64,000 nucleotides of DNA from an uncultured Candidatus Saccharibacteria bacterium (GCA_964646765.1 CAZYIA010000001.1:274105-338104); one strand, 5' to 3'; counted from the first letter of the stretch, positions 34,794-45,185 are shown. Translations and numbers: made by a program. Notes: a model not told the origin generated them from the sequence alone.

Positions 34794-35652
34794 TTAACCG
34801 GTAATCTTATTAATCAAAGCTCGTGTTCCTATAATCACGAGAAGAATAAGAATACCATAAAATACGATTTGATTACCGAGAATAAATGCCAACGCTGTTC
34901 CAAGGAAAAGTTTTACATAGGTAAACGGAGAGAAGTTTGAATCAACGGTTTTTTCTTCTTTCCCTCCGAGAGTTTTTGTAGTGGTAGCAGTTTGGGTGGT
35001 GTGAGTGTCTATCGTTTGCTTTGCTTCCATCTTTAGCGTGGTAGCTTTTTGGGCACTTGATTCTCGAAATGCATCAAATGAAGCAGCAAAATCTATCACT
35101 GGTTTTGGTACGACATCGAGCACTTTATTTTCTAAAGTATCAACAACTGCTAGCTGTTTTCCTTCTGGTGTAGCGTCATTTATTTCGCGTTCTGGGGCAA
35201 AAACAATTTTTCGTACTACGGTTTCCTTTACGGGATTAGTACTAACACTCGCAAGAGTTATCGCTTTTGGTCCAGAACCAAGTTTTCCTGAAAATTCCGC
35301 AGAAATTCGATGATCACCTGCCGTTACCTTCCAATAGGTTGTCGCAATATGTACTCCTTTAGCTGGAATAGAAACCGATGTTTTTCCAAGTAAAGTTTCG
35401 CTGTCATAAAAAGAAACGGTGCCCGAAAGGGTCGCGTCACCGCTATTTACTAGAGCAGTAGAAATAACTACGGTTATTCCCTCTTTCAGCTCTTCGGAAA
35501 ACCATACCGGCGAATCAATAAACTGAGCGGGACCAGTTTCTGCAAAAAGTCGGCCTGGAGCTACTAAAAGAAAGCTCAGGGCAAGGCTAGCGAAGAGTAA
35601 AGGTAGCGCGAACCGTAACCATAACTTCTTTATCAACTTGTGTTGTGTCATA
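34794..35652 (-). CDS. hypothetical exported protein with C-terminal TM anchor
   Basis: ORF track to 35675; probable start MTQHKLIKKLWLRF... (signal peptide); C-terminal hydrophobic helix. Confidence 0.4.
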
Positions 35653-36363
35653 TGTACCATAATCAGAGATATCAACGGAGTGTGGTGAGAGCACCTGTAC
35701 TACACCGGAGGAAGCACTCGTTAGTGTGCCAACATTTCTGCCTCCTGCGTTAGCAATTTTTTCAGCGCGGGCTTTTGCGTCCTGCATTGCTTGTTCAAGA
35801 AGCTTTACTCGAATATCTGGAAGTGCAGAGTAATAGTATTCAAGAGATTGTGTAGCAACCAAAAGTCCTTTTCCAGCCAGATCAGAAATACCCTTAGAGA
35901 GTTCAGTGATTTTAGCAACATCATTAGAACTTACCTCTATGCTTTGCCGGAGAGTATAGCTTCGTGGTAACCCAGAATTCTGCATATCATAATTTTGATC
36001 CATATACACAGGCGAAATAACAACTGAAGTGTCAGGAATAGCCTGATCGTGTAAGTATGTCTGCACTGTTTTCAAATCAGCATCAAGCATTGGGTATGCT
36101 GATTTTAAAGTTGCAGCAGTCGTCTCACGAGTAATTTGAAATGTCCATTTCGCAGTGTCAGAAGTAACAGCTTGGCGCGCAGACCCAGTTACTGAGAGTG
36201 ATTGATCAAGAGAGCGAATGCGGTAGAAAGCATAGCCCGCGACAATTGATGCAATAATGAGCGACGCGCCCATAATTGCCGGGATAATGTAAGCGTTTGG
36301 AGCAAAGCTAATGCGCTTTTCCTTAACAAAGGTTCCCTCTTGAGACAATTCTTTTCCTTCCAT
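35587..36363 (-). CDS. SIMPL (DUF541) domain protein
   Basis: 258 aa; N-terminal TM then ~220-aa periplasmic domain of SIMPL-like composition; family call from memory. Confidence 0.45.
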   Translation of the reverse strand: MEGKELSQEGTFVKEKRISFAPNAYIIPAIMGASLIIASIVAGYAFYRIRSLDQSLSVTGSARQAVTSDTAKWTFQITRETTAATLKSAYPMLDADLKTVQTYLHDQAIPDTSVVISPVYMDQNYDMQNSGLPRSYTLRQSIEVSSNDVAKITELSKGISDLAGKGLLVATQSLEYYYSALPDIRVKLLEQAMQDAKARAEKIANAGGRNVGTLTSASSGVVQVLSPHSVDISDYGTYDTTQVDKEVMVTVRATFTLR

Positions 36364-36413
36364 ATAAAGAAGTATAGCCTACTCTTACCTAAGGGCAAAA
36401 TCTGCAGTACTCT

Positions 36414-37886
36414 CTACTTTTCCAGATCAAACGTTTCATCAATGCGAATCTGCTCCACAAATTCTGGAACGTGCGACACAAGAATCATTGCTCCTTTATA
36501 TTCATGGAGCGCTTTGGCGATAATTGGTAAGTGTCGGAAATTTATATGGTTCGTTGGCTCGTCTAAAATAAGAAGGCCTGGCTTTTGTAACACCAAACGA
36601 GCGAAGGCGACCAGTCCTTTCTGACCTTCAGATAGGTTTCCAATTTTTGTACGAATCATTTCTCCAGTAATTAAAAAACCGGCAGCAGTACTTCGCATAA
36701 ACTCTTCGTTAAGCTTCGTTTTTGATTCTTCCATTGCCTTGGCGAGAGATTGGTATACGGTATCGTCAAAATTGAGCGTAGAAAAATCTTGGCGGTAGTA
36801 GCCAACGCGGACACCTTTTTGAATCGTTGCTCCCGGTGCTTCGCCGGTAGCCAAAGTTTCAAGGAGTGTACTCTTCCCTATACCATTTGGGCCTTTTAAC
36901 AGAAGATGCTGATGTTTACCAAGAGAAATATTGGCACTCTTTTTTACAATTTTGTGATTTTTCAAAACGGTCAGAGATTTTATGGAAAGAATTTCTCCCA
37001 TGATGTCTTCCTGTACTGGAATGGTAAACGGTTTAATGGTTTTATCCTCTTTCCGAACATCTACCATTTCTTCTTCGAGCTCTTCAGCTTTTTCGCGCAT
37101 GCGTTTTGCCACTAAACGCATTTGGCCCCCTTTGTAAGCAAACTGATTGGCTTTTTCTTTCTTTGCCTGAATTTGCTTTGCCAGCTGAGCATTCTTCATA
37201 TTTTCTTTTTCTACTCGAGCGGTAATATCCTTCACCACGTTGTAGTAGTTTCCAACATAGTTTTCTATTTTTCGAGTATACACATCAAGATAGAGCACAC
37301 CTTCAGTAAAGGCATTCAGAAACGCAGCATCATGAGAAATAACTACCACTGTTTTTTTGTAATCGATCAAAAATTTAGTTAAGTGCTCAATTCCCGCCTT
37401 ATCGAGGTTGTTGGTTGGTTCATCTAAAAGCAGCAGATCTGGTTTTTGAATAAGTGCCTGAGCAAGGAGTAATCTAGCCTGCTGGCCACCAGAAAACGTA
37501 CGGATGATTCGGTCGTGCACTTTTTCGTGACCAACAAGATGTACTACTTCCAATACGTCATCAATCATCGGATCAATAGCGTGAATCTTTTTGGGGAAGC
37601 AACTTTGAAAAAATTCCCGTACCGTCATATCGAGCTCGTTTCGCGGAATAACCTGCCGAGCTGTGGCAATACTTATTCCTTCTACGACGAGTACCCGGCC
37701 GCTCTCGGGAGCGAGCTTTTTCATAATAAGATTGAAAATAGTGCTCTTACCGGCACCATTCTGACCCATGAGGGTTAACTTTGCCCCCTCACGTATAAGA
37801 AAGCTCACCTCATCTAAAATTGGTTTTTGGGCGTTATACTCGTAACTTACCTCTTCGAACCGAACAATAGCCTCTCCTTTTGACAT
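36414..37886 (-). CDS. ABC-F family ATPase (two ABC domains, no TMD)
   Basis: 490 aa; Walker A GQNGAGKST and GPNGIGKST, signatures FSGGQQARL and LSEGQKGLV, linker between domains. Confidence 0.85.
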   Translation of the reverse strand: MSKGEAIVRFEEVSYEYNAQKPILDEVSFLIREGAKLTLMGQNGAGKSTIFNLIMKKLAPESGRVLVVEGISIATARQVIPRNELDMTVREFFQSCFPKKIHAIDPMIDDVLEVVHLVGHEKVHDRIIRTFSGGQQARLLLAQALIQKPDLLLLDEPTNNLDKAGIEHLTKFLIDYKKTVVVISHDAAFLNAFTEGVLYLDVYTRKIENYVGNYYNVVKDITARVEKENMKNAQLAKQIQAKKEKANQFAYKGGQMRLVAKRMREKAEELEEEMVDVRKEDKTIKPFTIPVQEDIMGEILSIKSLTVLKNHKIVKKSANISLGKHQHLLLKGPNGIGKSTLLETLATGEAPGATIQKGVRVGYYRQDFSTLNFDDTVYQSLAKAMEESKTKLNEEFMRSTAAGFLITGEMIRTKIGNLSEGQKGLVAFARLVLQKPGLLILDEPTNHINFRHLPIIAKALHEYKGAMILVSHVPEFVEQIRIDETFDLEK

Positions 37887-37977
37887 GGGTTAGAGAGTAC
37901 TTCATTTGAAGAGAAATAGAAAGGAGGTGTGTCGAAATGATATACTCCCTTTACCATTACTAGGATAAATATGGAGT

Positions 37978-38115
37978 ATGGAGGAAAACGAACAGAAAGA
38001 GCAAAAATGCCCTGAATGTGACGTTATGTCGGTTGATGGAGTCTGCCCGTCTTGTAAAATGACGACAGATGATATGGATGACTATGACGAACGTGACCGA
38101 CGTGAACGACGATAA
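37978..38115 (+). CDS. small zinc-ribbon protein (45 aa) not in ORF track
   Basis: MEENEQKEQKCPECDVMSVDGVCPSCKMTTDDMDDYDERDRRERR; AGGAT 11 nt upstream; strong terminator 38121..38146 directly downstream. Confidence 0.35.
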   Translation: MEENEQKEQKCPECDVMSVDGVCPSCKMTTDDMDDYDERDRRERR

Positions 38116-38120
38116 CACCC

Positions 38121-38146
38121 AAAACCCCGGTTTAAACCGGGGTTTT
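38121..38146. terminator. rho-independent terminator (aaaaCCCCGGTTTAAACCGGGGtttt)
   Basis: perfect 9-bp palindromic stem. Confidence 0.65.
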
Positions 38147-38370
38147 GTTTACACTCTAAATAGAGTCTTCAATAACACCTTTGACGACAATACTGTCACC
38201 TGCGATATCAAAGGCGATATCTTCTCGAAGAGAACCTCTAGGTTCTCGTTCATTATCTTGAGAATGCATAGCCATAATGTAATTTTGAAATAACCAATAA
38301 AATACTCCCTGGCCAGCGGGGCCGGAGCCTATATCGTAACGAGACCACTACAATACTGTGACGGGAGATT

Positions 38371-38898
38371 TTACTTTTCGTTTAGAATAGCAATAATCGC
38401 TTGGCTAATTTCTTCTTCATTCATATGAGTAGTGTCAAATACTGGGCTTCCTGAAGGAATAAAATAACCAAGATCATAATTTTCCTTAAAAAGTTCTTCG
38501 GTTGTCATTGAGATTCGATTCCCTTTTTGAGCAGCACTTTGTACGCGTTCACGAAAACGTTCAATGAGAACTCCGTAGGGTGCAGTAAGTTCAAACGTAT
38601 AAAAAGAGTACCCATACTTAGCGGCAAGAGCCACACATTGTTCATATGTTTCTTTGGTCCGGAAAAGCTCTAAATTAATAGGCACCCCTGTTTTTAAAAC
38701 AGTTTCAAATAATCCAAAAACGACAGTTTTTACAAACTCACGATCAGTGTTTCGATTATATCCCGAGAGAAGCCATTTTTGTTTATCATAGGCAACGTGG
38801 TACATCCCAGGAAAGGCTTCTCGTACTAATTTACCGATGGTTGACTTACCAGAACATGAATGTCCGGTGACTTGGAAAACGAATTTTTTAGTTTGCAT
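38371..38898 (-). CDS. P-loop NTPase / small-molecule kinase-like protein (AAA_33/CPT-like)
   Basis: Likely start MQTKKFVFQVTGHSCSGKSTIGK (Walker A); track ORF extends to 38973. Confidence 0.45.
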   Translation of the reverse strand: MQTKKFVFQVTGHSCSGKSTIGKLVREAFPGMYHVAYDKQKWLLSGYNRNTDREFVKTVVFGLFETVLKTGVPINLELFRTKETYEQCVALAAKYGYSFYTFELTAPYGVLIERFRERVQSAAQKGNRISMTTEELFKENYDLGYFIPSGSPVFDTTHMNEEEISQAIIAILNEK

Positions 38899-40189
38899 AC
38901 GTGTTGCTTTTTCGAGCATATAAAAACCACATAAAAAATATAAGTTGTAATCCAGCAATAATACTTGGCGCAAGAATAAGAGTTGTATGAGAAGCTGTTT
39001 TTAATGCAAGGAAAAGTACTGCACAGATACCAAGTACCCTACCAAGATTTAAATACAGCTCGTTATCAAAGACATATGCAAATCGAAGAGTTTGGTCACC
39101 TTCCATTTCTTTTTCTGAGAGTTCTAGAAAAACTGGACTTACCACAAGCGAAAAGAAAGCAATACTACCTCCTGAAAGAACTGTGTACAGAACATAATTG
39201 AGCTTTGCCGGTACTACAATAAGCAAGAGTGAAGAAAGAAAAAATACAAAACTTAAAATAGTAGCGGTCTTAATCGAATGTCGTACATGAACACTGCGGC
39301 CATATACATAGAGAGCAATTACTGAAAGTAAGGAAACAATAGAAGCTGCAGTTCCGAGCACTCCTTCGTTACCAAATACGGTAAGCACAAGAAGTGTTGG
39401 GAGAAACGCCAGACCATCCATTAAGCCCGTTGCCATAGAAAGAATTCTCCGACTACGGTTTTTTCTATTACCAGGAAAGAAAATTTTTTTAGGTTGTGGA
39501 GTAATAAAGGTTCCCGAATAAATAACAACACCACAAAACACCATAATAAGCAGAGCGAAGGCAAATAAAATCCAGTAGGCATGCGTAGTCGTATACCAAC
39601 CAGTATAGGTTCCAAAAACAATAAACCACCCAACTAAGAGTGGCACTAAAATATTAGATAAGGCTCCAACAGCAGAATTAAAACCAAAAAAGTATTGTCG
39701 TCCTTCGAGCTCAGTTTCTTGAAACTCTAAAAAATTACGATTTGCCCAATACAAACCGTTTCCTAAGCCCCAAATAAAACCATAGAAAAAAATTGATAGT
39801 GAGTTAGCACTCCCCGTTACCACAAATGCGGCACTGGTTACACCAGAAAGAATTGCCCCAACGGCAAACAACTTTTCAATATGAAAACGACGGAGCAGAA
39901 GCCCGTTGAGATAAAAACCAATTGGTAGCGCAATACACATCCCTAAGTTATAGAGTGCAACAGAATATATTGAGCCTGTTAAACGCCAAACGAACGCATT
40001 TAAAAATGTTGAAAAAAGCGGGTTCGAAATTGTTTTGAGGGCATTCGAACCAACCAAACGGCGAACGTTTCCGCTAATATGTTTTGAAAAATGACTAGAT
40101 TCTTTTTTCAAAAATGAAATAACCATAGAATAGTGCGTCCTATTTCTTCTCGGACACATGCCTATTGTAGCTCTTGGCGAGACTTTCAA
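38888..40189 (-). CDS. MFS transporter
   Basis: 433 aa, ~12 TM helices. Confidence 0.7.
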   Translation of the reverse strand: MKVSPRATIGMCPRRNRTHYSMVISFLKKESSHFSKHISGNVRRLVGSNALKTISNPLFSTFLNAFVWRLTGSIYSVALYNLGMCIALPIGFYLNGLLLRRFHIEKLFAVGAILSGVTSAAFVVTGSANSLSIFFYGFIWGLGNGLYWANRNFLEFQETELEGRQYFFGFNSAVGALSNILVPLLVGWFIVFGTYTGWYTTTHAYWILFAFALLIMVFCGVVIYSGTFITPQPKKIFFPGNRKNRSRRILSMATGLMDGLAFLPTLLVLTVFGNEGVLGTAASIVSLLSVIALYVYGRSVHVRHSIKTATILSFVFFLSSLLLIVVPAKLNYVLYTVLSGGSIAFFSLVVSPVFLELSEKEMEGDQTLRFAYVFDNELYLNLGRVLGICAVLFLALKTASHTTLILAPSIIAGLQLIFFMWFLYARKSNTYAN

Positions 40190-40227
40190 GAAGAGTCAGT
40201 CCGAAAGAATCAATAAAGGTATAACAC

Positions 40228-41385
40228 TTAGATAACTCCGCCCCACTGACTAAGTTCAACATAGGTGTTTTTAGGATCCCAAAAAAGCCATGACGAGAAG
40301 CCCAGATCTTGTGCGGCTTCTACTTCGGCTTGTACTTCTCGTGTAGAATATTTCACACCTACAAGATTAAAATCCTGAATCCAAGGACGAAGTTTGCCTT
40401 GTGCTTCCACCTGAGACATACCTATGGCTTCTAGTTTATGGATACCATCTGAGAGAGCTCGATGAATAACTCCATAGGGTTCAGCTGCCGGCATCGCGTA
40501 GCCATAGCTTCCGGGCGCAAAGTGTGAAGGATAGATCATTGGACAAACGTAATCGACATACGGAGCGACATGGGTAAGAAGTTGACCAATACCAATATCA
40601 TCTTCTGCAGAAACGGTAAGACCAAAAAGATCAGCCGATAAAGGGATACCTTTTTCGCGAACTTCGTCGTTCATGTAGGCAAAAAAAGAATCTAGCTTTG
40701 CAATTCTTGCCTCTCTAGAACCTCGGTCGATAACTGAAAGGTCACCATCTGAAGGAAATCGAACATAGTCAAGATTTATTTCATCAAAACCTTCCGCATA
40801 CGCATCTTGAGCAATTGCGCTAATGTAATCCCACACTACTTTAGAATCTGGGCGAAGCCATGGAGTACCTTGAAAATTTGACCATATGGTTCCCGTTGCA
40901 TTATTTTGAAACGCAGCCTCAGGATGAAGCTTGGCAAAAAATGGATCTTCAAATACAACAATACGACCAATCACATAGAGATTTTGTTCGTGCAATTCTT
41001 CAATAAGGTGCGAAACATCACTAATGCGTTTTTGGCCCGATCCAACTTCAACAAGTTTTGGATCTTTAGGTATGTATGAGAGTCTACCGGAAGCATCCTT
41101 AATATCTATCACTAAAGCATTAATGTGTGCAGGTTCTACACGGTGCAAAATACGTAAAATGGTTGGAAGACTGCCAGCTGTCCAACCTGTAAGATAGATG
41201 CCTCGTACGTTTTGGATAGCCACATGGTGAGACACTTCTCCAGGAGGTTGCACCAGAGCAGAAGAGGTATCAACCGAAATTGTAGGTGCGTATAAAGCCT
41301 GTGTAACAACTAGCGATGAGAGAAAAATAATTGTTATTGCAAACAAATACTCAGCAAAACGTTTAGAAATATGAAAACCGTGCAT
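40228..41385 (-). CDS. putative glycoside-hydrolase-like TIM-barrel protein (GHL/DUF4015-like), exported
   Basis: 385 aa; N-terminal signal/TM; family call tentative. Confidence 0.35.
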   Translation of the reverse strand: MHGFHISKRFAEYLFAITIIFLSSLVVTQALYAPTISVDTSSALVQPPGEVSHHVAIQNVRGIYLTGWTAGSLPTILRILHRVEPAHINALVIDIKDASGRLSYIPKDPKLVEVGSGQKRISDVSHLIEELHEQNLYVIGRIVVFEDPFFAKLHPEAAFQNNATGTIWSNFQGTPWLRPDSKVVWDYISAIAQDAYAEGFDEINLDYVRFPSDGDLSVIDRGSREARIAKLDSFFAYMNDEVREKGIPLSADLFGLTVSAEDDIGIGQLLTHVAPYVDYVCPMIYPSHFAPGSYGYAMPAAEPYGVIHRALSDGIHKLEAIGMSQVEAQGKLRPWIQDFNLVGVKYSTREVQAEVEAAQDLGFSSWLFWDPKNTYVELSQWGGVI

Positions 41386-41388
41386 GAA

Positions 41389-42276
41389 TTAGCTCTCAAT
41401 AGGGAGTGCACCTCGAAGAATTTCTGCTCGAGGTATATAGCAATCAGTGCAGCAAAGCATTTTTCTTGATGGCCGAACAGTGTCGTCGTTTACATAATTC
41501 TCGGTAGGTTTCTCACAAAAGACGCATGTACCCACCATAACCTTGCCGGGAGTCTCTACCACATCAGTAGTCATTCGATTATCGAACACAAAAAGTGTCC
41601 CTTTAAAATTTTTACCAGGAAACTTTTCCATGTAAGTATGAATACCATCCTTCAGCTGATACAGTTCAGTAAAACCTTCTCGAGTCATCAGACAGGTTGC
41701 CTTTTCACAACGAATACCACCGGTACATACAGCAACTACTTTTTTATCTTTCAGATGAGAGAGTTCAGAGAGCTTTTGCGGTAAATCACGGAAGTTTCCA
41801 AGTTTTGGATTTATAGTTCTCTCAAAATATCCAGATTGCACTTCGTAGTCGTTACGAAGATCAAGCACCACGAAGTCTTCGTTGCCTTCATACCATTTTG
41901 CAAGTTCTTCGGCAGTAAGTTCTTTCGCGGTTTCTTTTTTTACATCAAAACGACCGGCACCAAGTGTAACAATTTCTTTTCGTACTTTTACGACGAGTTT
42001 TGGAAACGCATTTCCAGTACCGGTACTCGTTTTAAAAGCAATATCAGCAAATCGAGCATCACGTGTGAGCTCTTTTTTATATTCTTCAATCGCTTCATTT
42101 GTTCCTTCGAGAGTGGCATTAATACCCTCTTCTGCAAGGAGAATGCGGCCTTTTAAACCAAGACGCTCACAGAGAGCTCGCTGCGATAAGCGAAGTTCTT
42201 CGGGATTCTTAATATCTACAAACGCATAGAAGAGAATGATTGTATACGGCGTACTCATGGCTGTAATAATAGTCAA
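41389..42276 (-). CDS. trhO: rhodanese-domain protein of TrhO/YceA (UPF0176) family, tRNA U34 hydroxylase-like
   Basis: 295 aa; rhodanese active-site CTGGIRCEKA, C-terminal Cys cluster. Confidence 0.6.
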   Translation of the reverse strand: MTIITAMSTPYTIILFYAFVDIKNPEELRLSQRALCERLGLKGRILLAEEGINATLEGTNEAIEEYKKELTRDARFADIAFKTSTGTGNAFPKLVVKVRKEIVTLGAGRFDVKKETAKELTAEELAKWYEGNEDFVVLDLRNDYEVQSGYFERTINPKLGNFRDLPQKLSELSHLKDKKVVAVCTGGIRCEKATCLMTREGFTELYQLKDGIHTYMEKFPGKNFKGTLFVFDNRMTTDVVETPGKVMVGTCVFCEKPTENYVNDDTVRPSRKMLCCTDCYIPRAEILRGALPIES

Positions 42277-42297
42277 AAAGTTTTTTGAGGCAAGTTT

Positions 42298-42546
42298 TTA
42301 GGCCTTTTTCCACCGTGGAGCAAACCTGATCATGAAGGTAAAGAACCAAGCTTGGAGTGGACGAATACCACGATCACGCATGCTCTTGTAGCACATGTCT
42401 TGGAATTCTTTTAGATTATTTCCCTCATAGCTAAGTTTGCCGTCTTTAAAACAGAGACTACAGTAACGTGGGTTTTGGCGAACACCGGTATCTTTCTCAA
42501 ACGGCATCAAGCAGCTCTCACATGCATTGCAATTTTCACCTTCCAT
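42298..42546 (-). CDS. zinc-ribbon domain protein
   Basis: 82 aa; CNACESC...CSLC. Confidence 0.5.
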   Translation of the reverse strand: MEGENCNACESCLMPFEKDTGVRQNPRYCSLCFKDGKLSYEGNNLKEFQDMCYKSMRDRGIRPLQAWFFTFMIRFAPRWKKA

Positions 42547-42549
42547 ATA

Positions 42550-43062
42550 TTATCCGTTATACGCTTCTTCTAACGTTGCGATTTGAATCTTTTTCATCTG
42601 AAGCATCGCTTGCATCACCCGACCAGCTTTTACTGGATCAGGATCACTCAATAGTTCGCCCATTCTCTTTGGAAATACTTGCCAGGAAAAACCAAACTTG
42701 TCTTTGAGCCACCCACACTGTTGTGCTTTCGGGTCGCCCCCATCTGTAAGTTTAGTCCAAAAATGATCTACCTCATCTTGACTCTCACACTCGATAAGAA
42801 ATGAAATTGCTTCATTTGGTTTAAATATCGGGCCACCATCGAGTGCCATATATCGCATACCTTCAAGCTCAAAAATTGCAGTCAGGACTTGACCCTCCAT
42901 ACCTTTCATAGGACCTTCGAGACCTTCGTTTGGATAACGCTTCAGACTGACAATTCTTGATTCCAGTTTTTTAGCTGGATTGCTATTAAAAACAGAAACA
43001 TAGTAATTGATTGCTTCCTCACAATTACGATCGTACCAAAGGGACGGGGTTATTTTTTGCAT
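42550..43062 (-). CDS. VOC/glyoxalase superfamily, PhnB-like (3-demethylubiquinone-9 3-methyltransferase domain) protein
   Basis: 170 aa; WYDRNCEEAINYY...DGGP pattern. Confidence 0.6.
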   Translation of the reverse strand: MQKITPSLWYDRNCEEAINYYVSVFNSNPAKKLESRIVSLKRYPNEGLEGPMKGMEGQVLTAIFELEGMRYMALDGGPIFKPNEAISFLIECESQDEVDHFWTKLTDGGDPKAQQCGWLKDKFGFSWQVFPKRMGELLSDPDPVKAGRVMQAMLQMKKIQIATLEEAYNG

Positions 43063-43071
43063 ACAATTATT

Positions 43072-43587
43072 TTAAAAAGTAATTCCTAACAATGAAAGCA
43101 CTATTTTTGCCAAAGGGTCGGCAGAAGTACCATACACCATTACTCCACCAAGAAGGCCAGTAACAGTAAGTGTCCCTAGAGCAATAAGCGCCAGAGGAAT
43201 AGCAAGATAAGCATTGGTAAGAATATCGTCAAGAAAAACAATGCTCTTAGCAATGAAGGACGGCATCTTTTGAAGAGGCACTTTTTCTCGGGTAATTGCC
43301 GCAACCTCACCAGCAAGAAGAGCACCGTAGAGCCAGGTGGCGATGTCAGCAAAGAGCGAGTGCATTTCAACAAGTTGGTGAAGTGGCTTTACGAGATGTT
43401 CGGCAATTTCACCAGTTTGAAGAGCGACAAAGGCGCCAAGTACACCAGATAAGAGAAGAAGGCGTTCAATATCTCTCCAAGCAATAGTTGGAAGAAATTT
43501 CCTGAGGGGAATAATTTTAATAACTGAATACACAAAAAGAAGTGCGATTGGAAAATGCACAAAAATCGGGTGAACATTGTAGGTCAT
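43072..43587 (-). CDS. DUF2231-like membrane protein
   Basis: 171 aa; HPIFVHFPIAL motif, 4 TM. Confidence 0.45.
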   Translation of the reverse strand: MTYNVHPIFVHFPIALLFVYSVIKIIPLRKFLPTIAWRDIERLLLLSGVLGAFVALQTGEIAEHLVKPLHQLVEMHSLFADIATWLYGALLAGEVAAITREKVPLQKMPSFIAKSIVFLDDILTNAYLAIPLALIALGTLTVTGLLGGVMVYGTSADPLAKIVLSLLGITF

Positions 43588-43638
43588 GTTCTTAGTATAC
43601 TACTATCTTGAAATTAGAGAGACTGCTACAATAATCTC

Positions 43639-44229
43639 GTGGATAAACATATTATTGCAATAGTTGCTGCAGTACTTGCAATTATTGGTAACGTTCCCTA
43701 CCTTATCGATATAATAAAAAAACGAGTGAAACCTCACCCGTATACATGGTTTATCTGGACCATTGTTTCAGCAACCATTTTTTTTGGCCAAGTTGCTAAA
43801 GGGGCAGGCATTGGGGCTCTTCCAACTTTAGCCTCAGAAATTTTTACGGTGATTATTTTTCTTTTTTCACTCCACTATGGCTTTAAAAATATTTCTCGAA
43901 CAGATACGTACTTTTTGATTGCCGCTCTCTTGGGTCTTATTCCTTGGGTACTTACTAAAGATCCAACCATTTCCGTTGTCATTATGGTTTCAATTGATTT
44001 TATTGCCTTTATTCCGACCCTTCGCAAAACATGGCAAGCTCCAGAGACTGAAACACCTCTTCTGTATGCTACCAATGTTATTCGCCACATCCTCGCCCTC
44101 TTCTCACTCGAAGCCTACAACATTGCCACGATGCTTCACTCAATTGTTATGATCACTACGAACTCACTTATGACAGTCTTCATCATCGGAAAAAGCAAAA
44201 ACAGGGTTCCCCCTGTTTCGCATTTGTAA
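43639..44229 (+). CDS. hypothetical polytopic membrane protein
   Basis: 196 aa, 6 predicted TM helices. Confidence 0.45.
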   Translation: MDKHIIAIVAAVLAIIGNVPYLIDIIKKRVKPHPYTWFIWTIVSATIFFGQVAKGAGIGALPTLASEIFTVIIFLFSLHYGFKNISRTDTYFLIAALLGLIPWVLTKDPTISVVIMVSIDFIAFIPTLRKTWQAPETETPLLYATNVIRHILALFSLEAYNIATMLHSIVMITTNSLMTVFIIGKSKNRVPPVSHL

Positions 44230-44241
44230 GTTGGTTAGTAA

Positions 44242-45132
44242 TTAGCTTGATTGCAGTGCGTTAATAATGGCGCTACCCGCAAGTATCAATGAGGCATCAA
44301 CGAATGGCCCATCTGCTTCAGTAATGGCAAGTGGAATTTCAGTACAACCAAGAATAGCAACTTCAGCACCACGAGCTTCGAGGTGACGCCAAGCTTTTAG
44401 AAAAAGTGCTTTAGCTTCCGGAAACTCATTTTGAGTTGCCTGAAGGTTTTTTACGCCTTTTCCAGTTTTAGTTCCGTAAATAGCTTCCATCACCTCTTCC
44501 TGAATATCATCGGCTGGCACAACTGCTTCTAATCCTGCCTGTTCAAGAGCATTTTGGTAAATTTTGAAATTTACCGTGCCTGTTGTCGCCAACACCCCAA
44601 CTTTTTTAACATCGGGAGCGAAGCGCTGTATCGCTTGTACACTAGCAGTATTGATGTTAATAATCGGAACGCTTTCTAGCCCCCGATTCTTTAATTCTGT
44701 AATAATTCCAGGAACTTCTTCTGGACCTTCAAGGTCAGGAAGAAATGCGTGAAGTGTATTGCAAGTAAAGACGATACCAGACACTTCTCCTTCTATCATC
44801 ATCTCAACTGTTTTTTCTGTAGCAACTCGAACCACCTCTTTTGCAAGTTCTGTGTTTCCTTCGCGAAACGCAAGAAGCGCCTGGGTTCTGTCAGGAATTT
44901 GGGGACACATGTGAATGACCATGCGCATATGACCCTGATCTGTAGTGGCAGGAGTTAAGCCAATTACCTTTCGTTGGAAATCAACCGTAGCAAGTGGCCC
45001 AACACCACCAAAAACTCCAATATTTCCGCCACCTTTTTTATAGGTATCGAACTTGAGTTTATATTGTTCCTGAATTTCGTTGATAAGTGATTGTTTAAAA
45101 TTTATGTCCATAACAATAGGTTTATTTTTCAA
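44242..45132 (-). CDS. Asp/Glu/hydantoin racemase family protein (aspartate racemase-like)
   Basis: 296 aa; GGVGPLAT, CNTLH and LGCTEIPL motifs with the two catalytic Cys. Confidence 0.7.
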   Translation of the reverse strand: MKNKPIVMDINFKQSLINEIQEQYKLKFDTYKKGGGNIGVFGGVGPLATVDFQRKVIGLTPATTDQGHMRMVIHMCPQIPDRTQALLAFREGNTELAKEVVRVATEKTVEMMIEGEVSGIVFTCNTLHAFLPDLEGPEEVPGIITELKNRGLESVPIININTASVQAIQRFAPDVKKVGVLATTGTVNFKIYQNALEQAGLEAVVPADDIQEEVMEAIYGTKTGKGVKNLQATQNEFPEAKALFLKAWRHLEARGAEVAILGCTEIPLAITEADGPFVDASLILAGSAIINALQSS

Positions 45133-45185
45133 TTGATTATCAAATTCTATACTGCTGATTTTTCAGGAAAAGTCAAAAGTATTCT

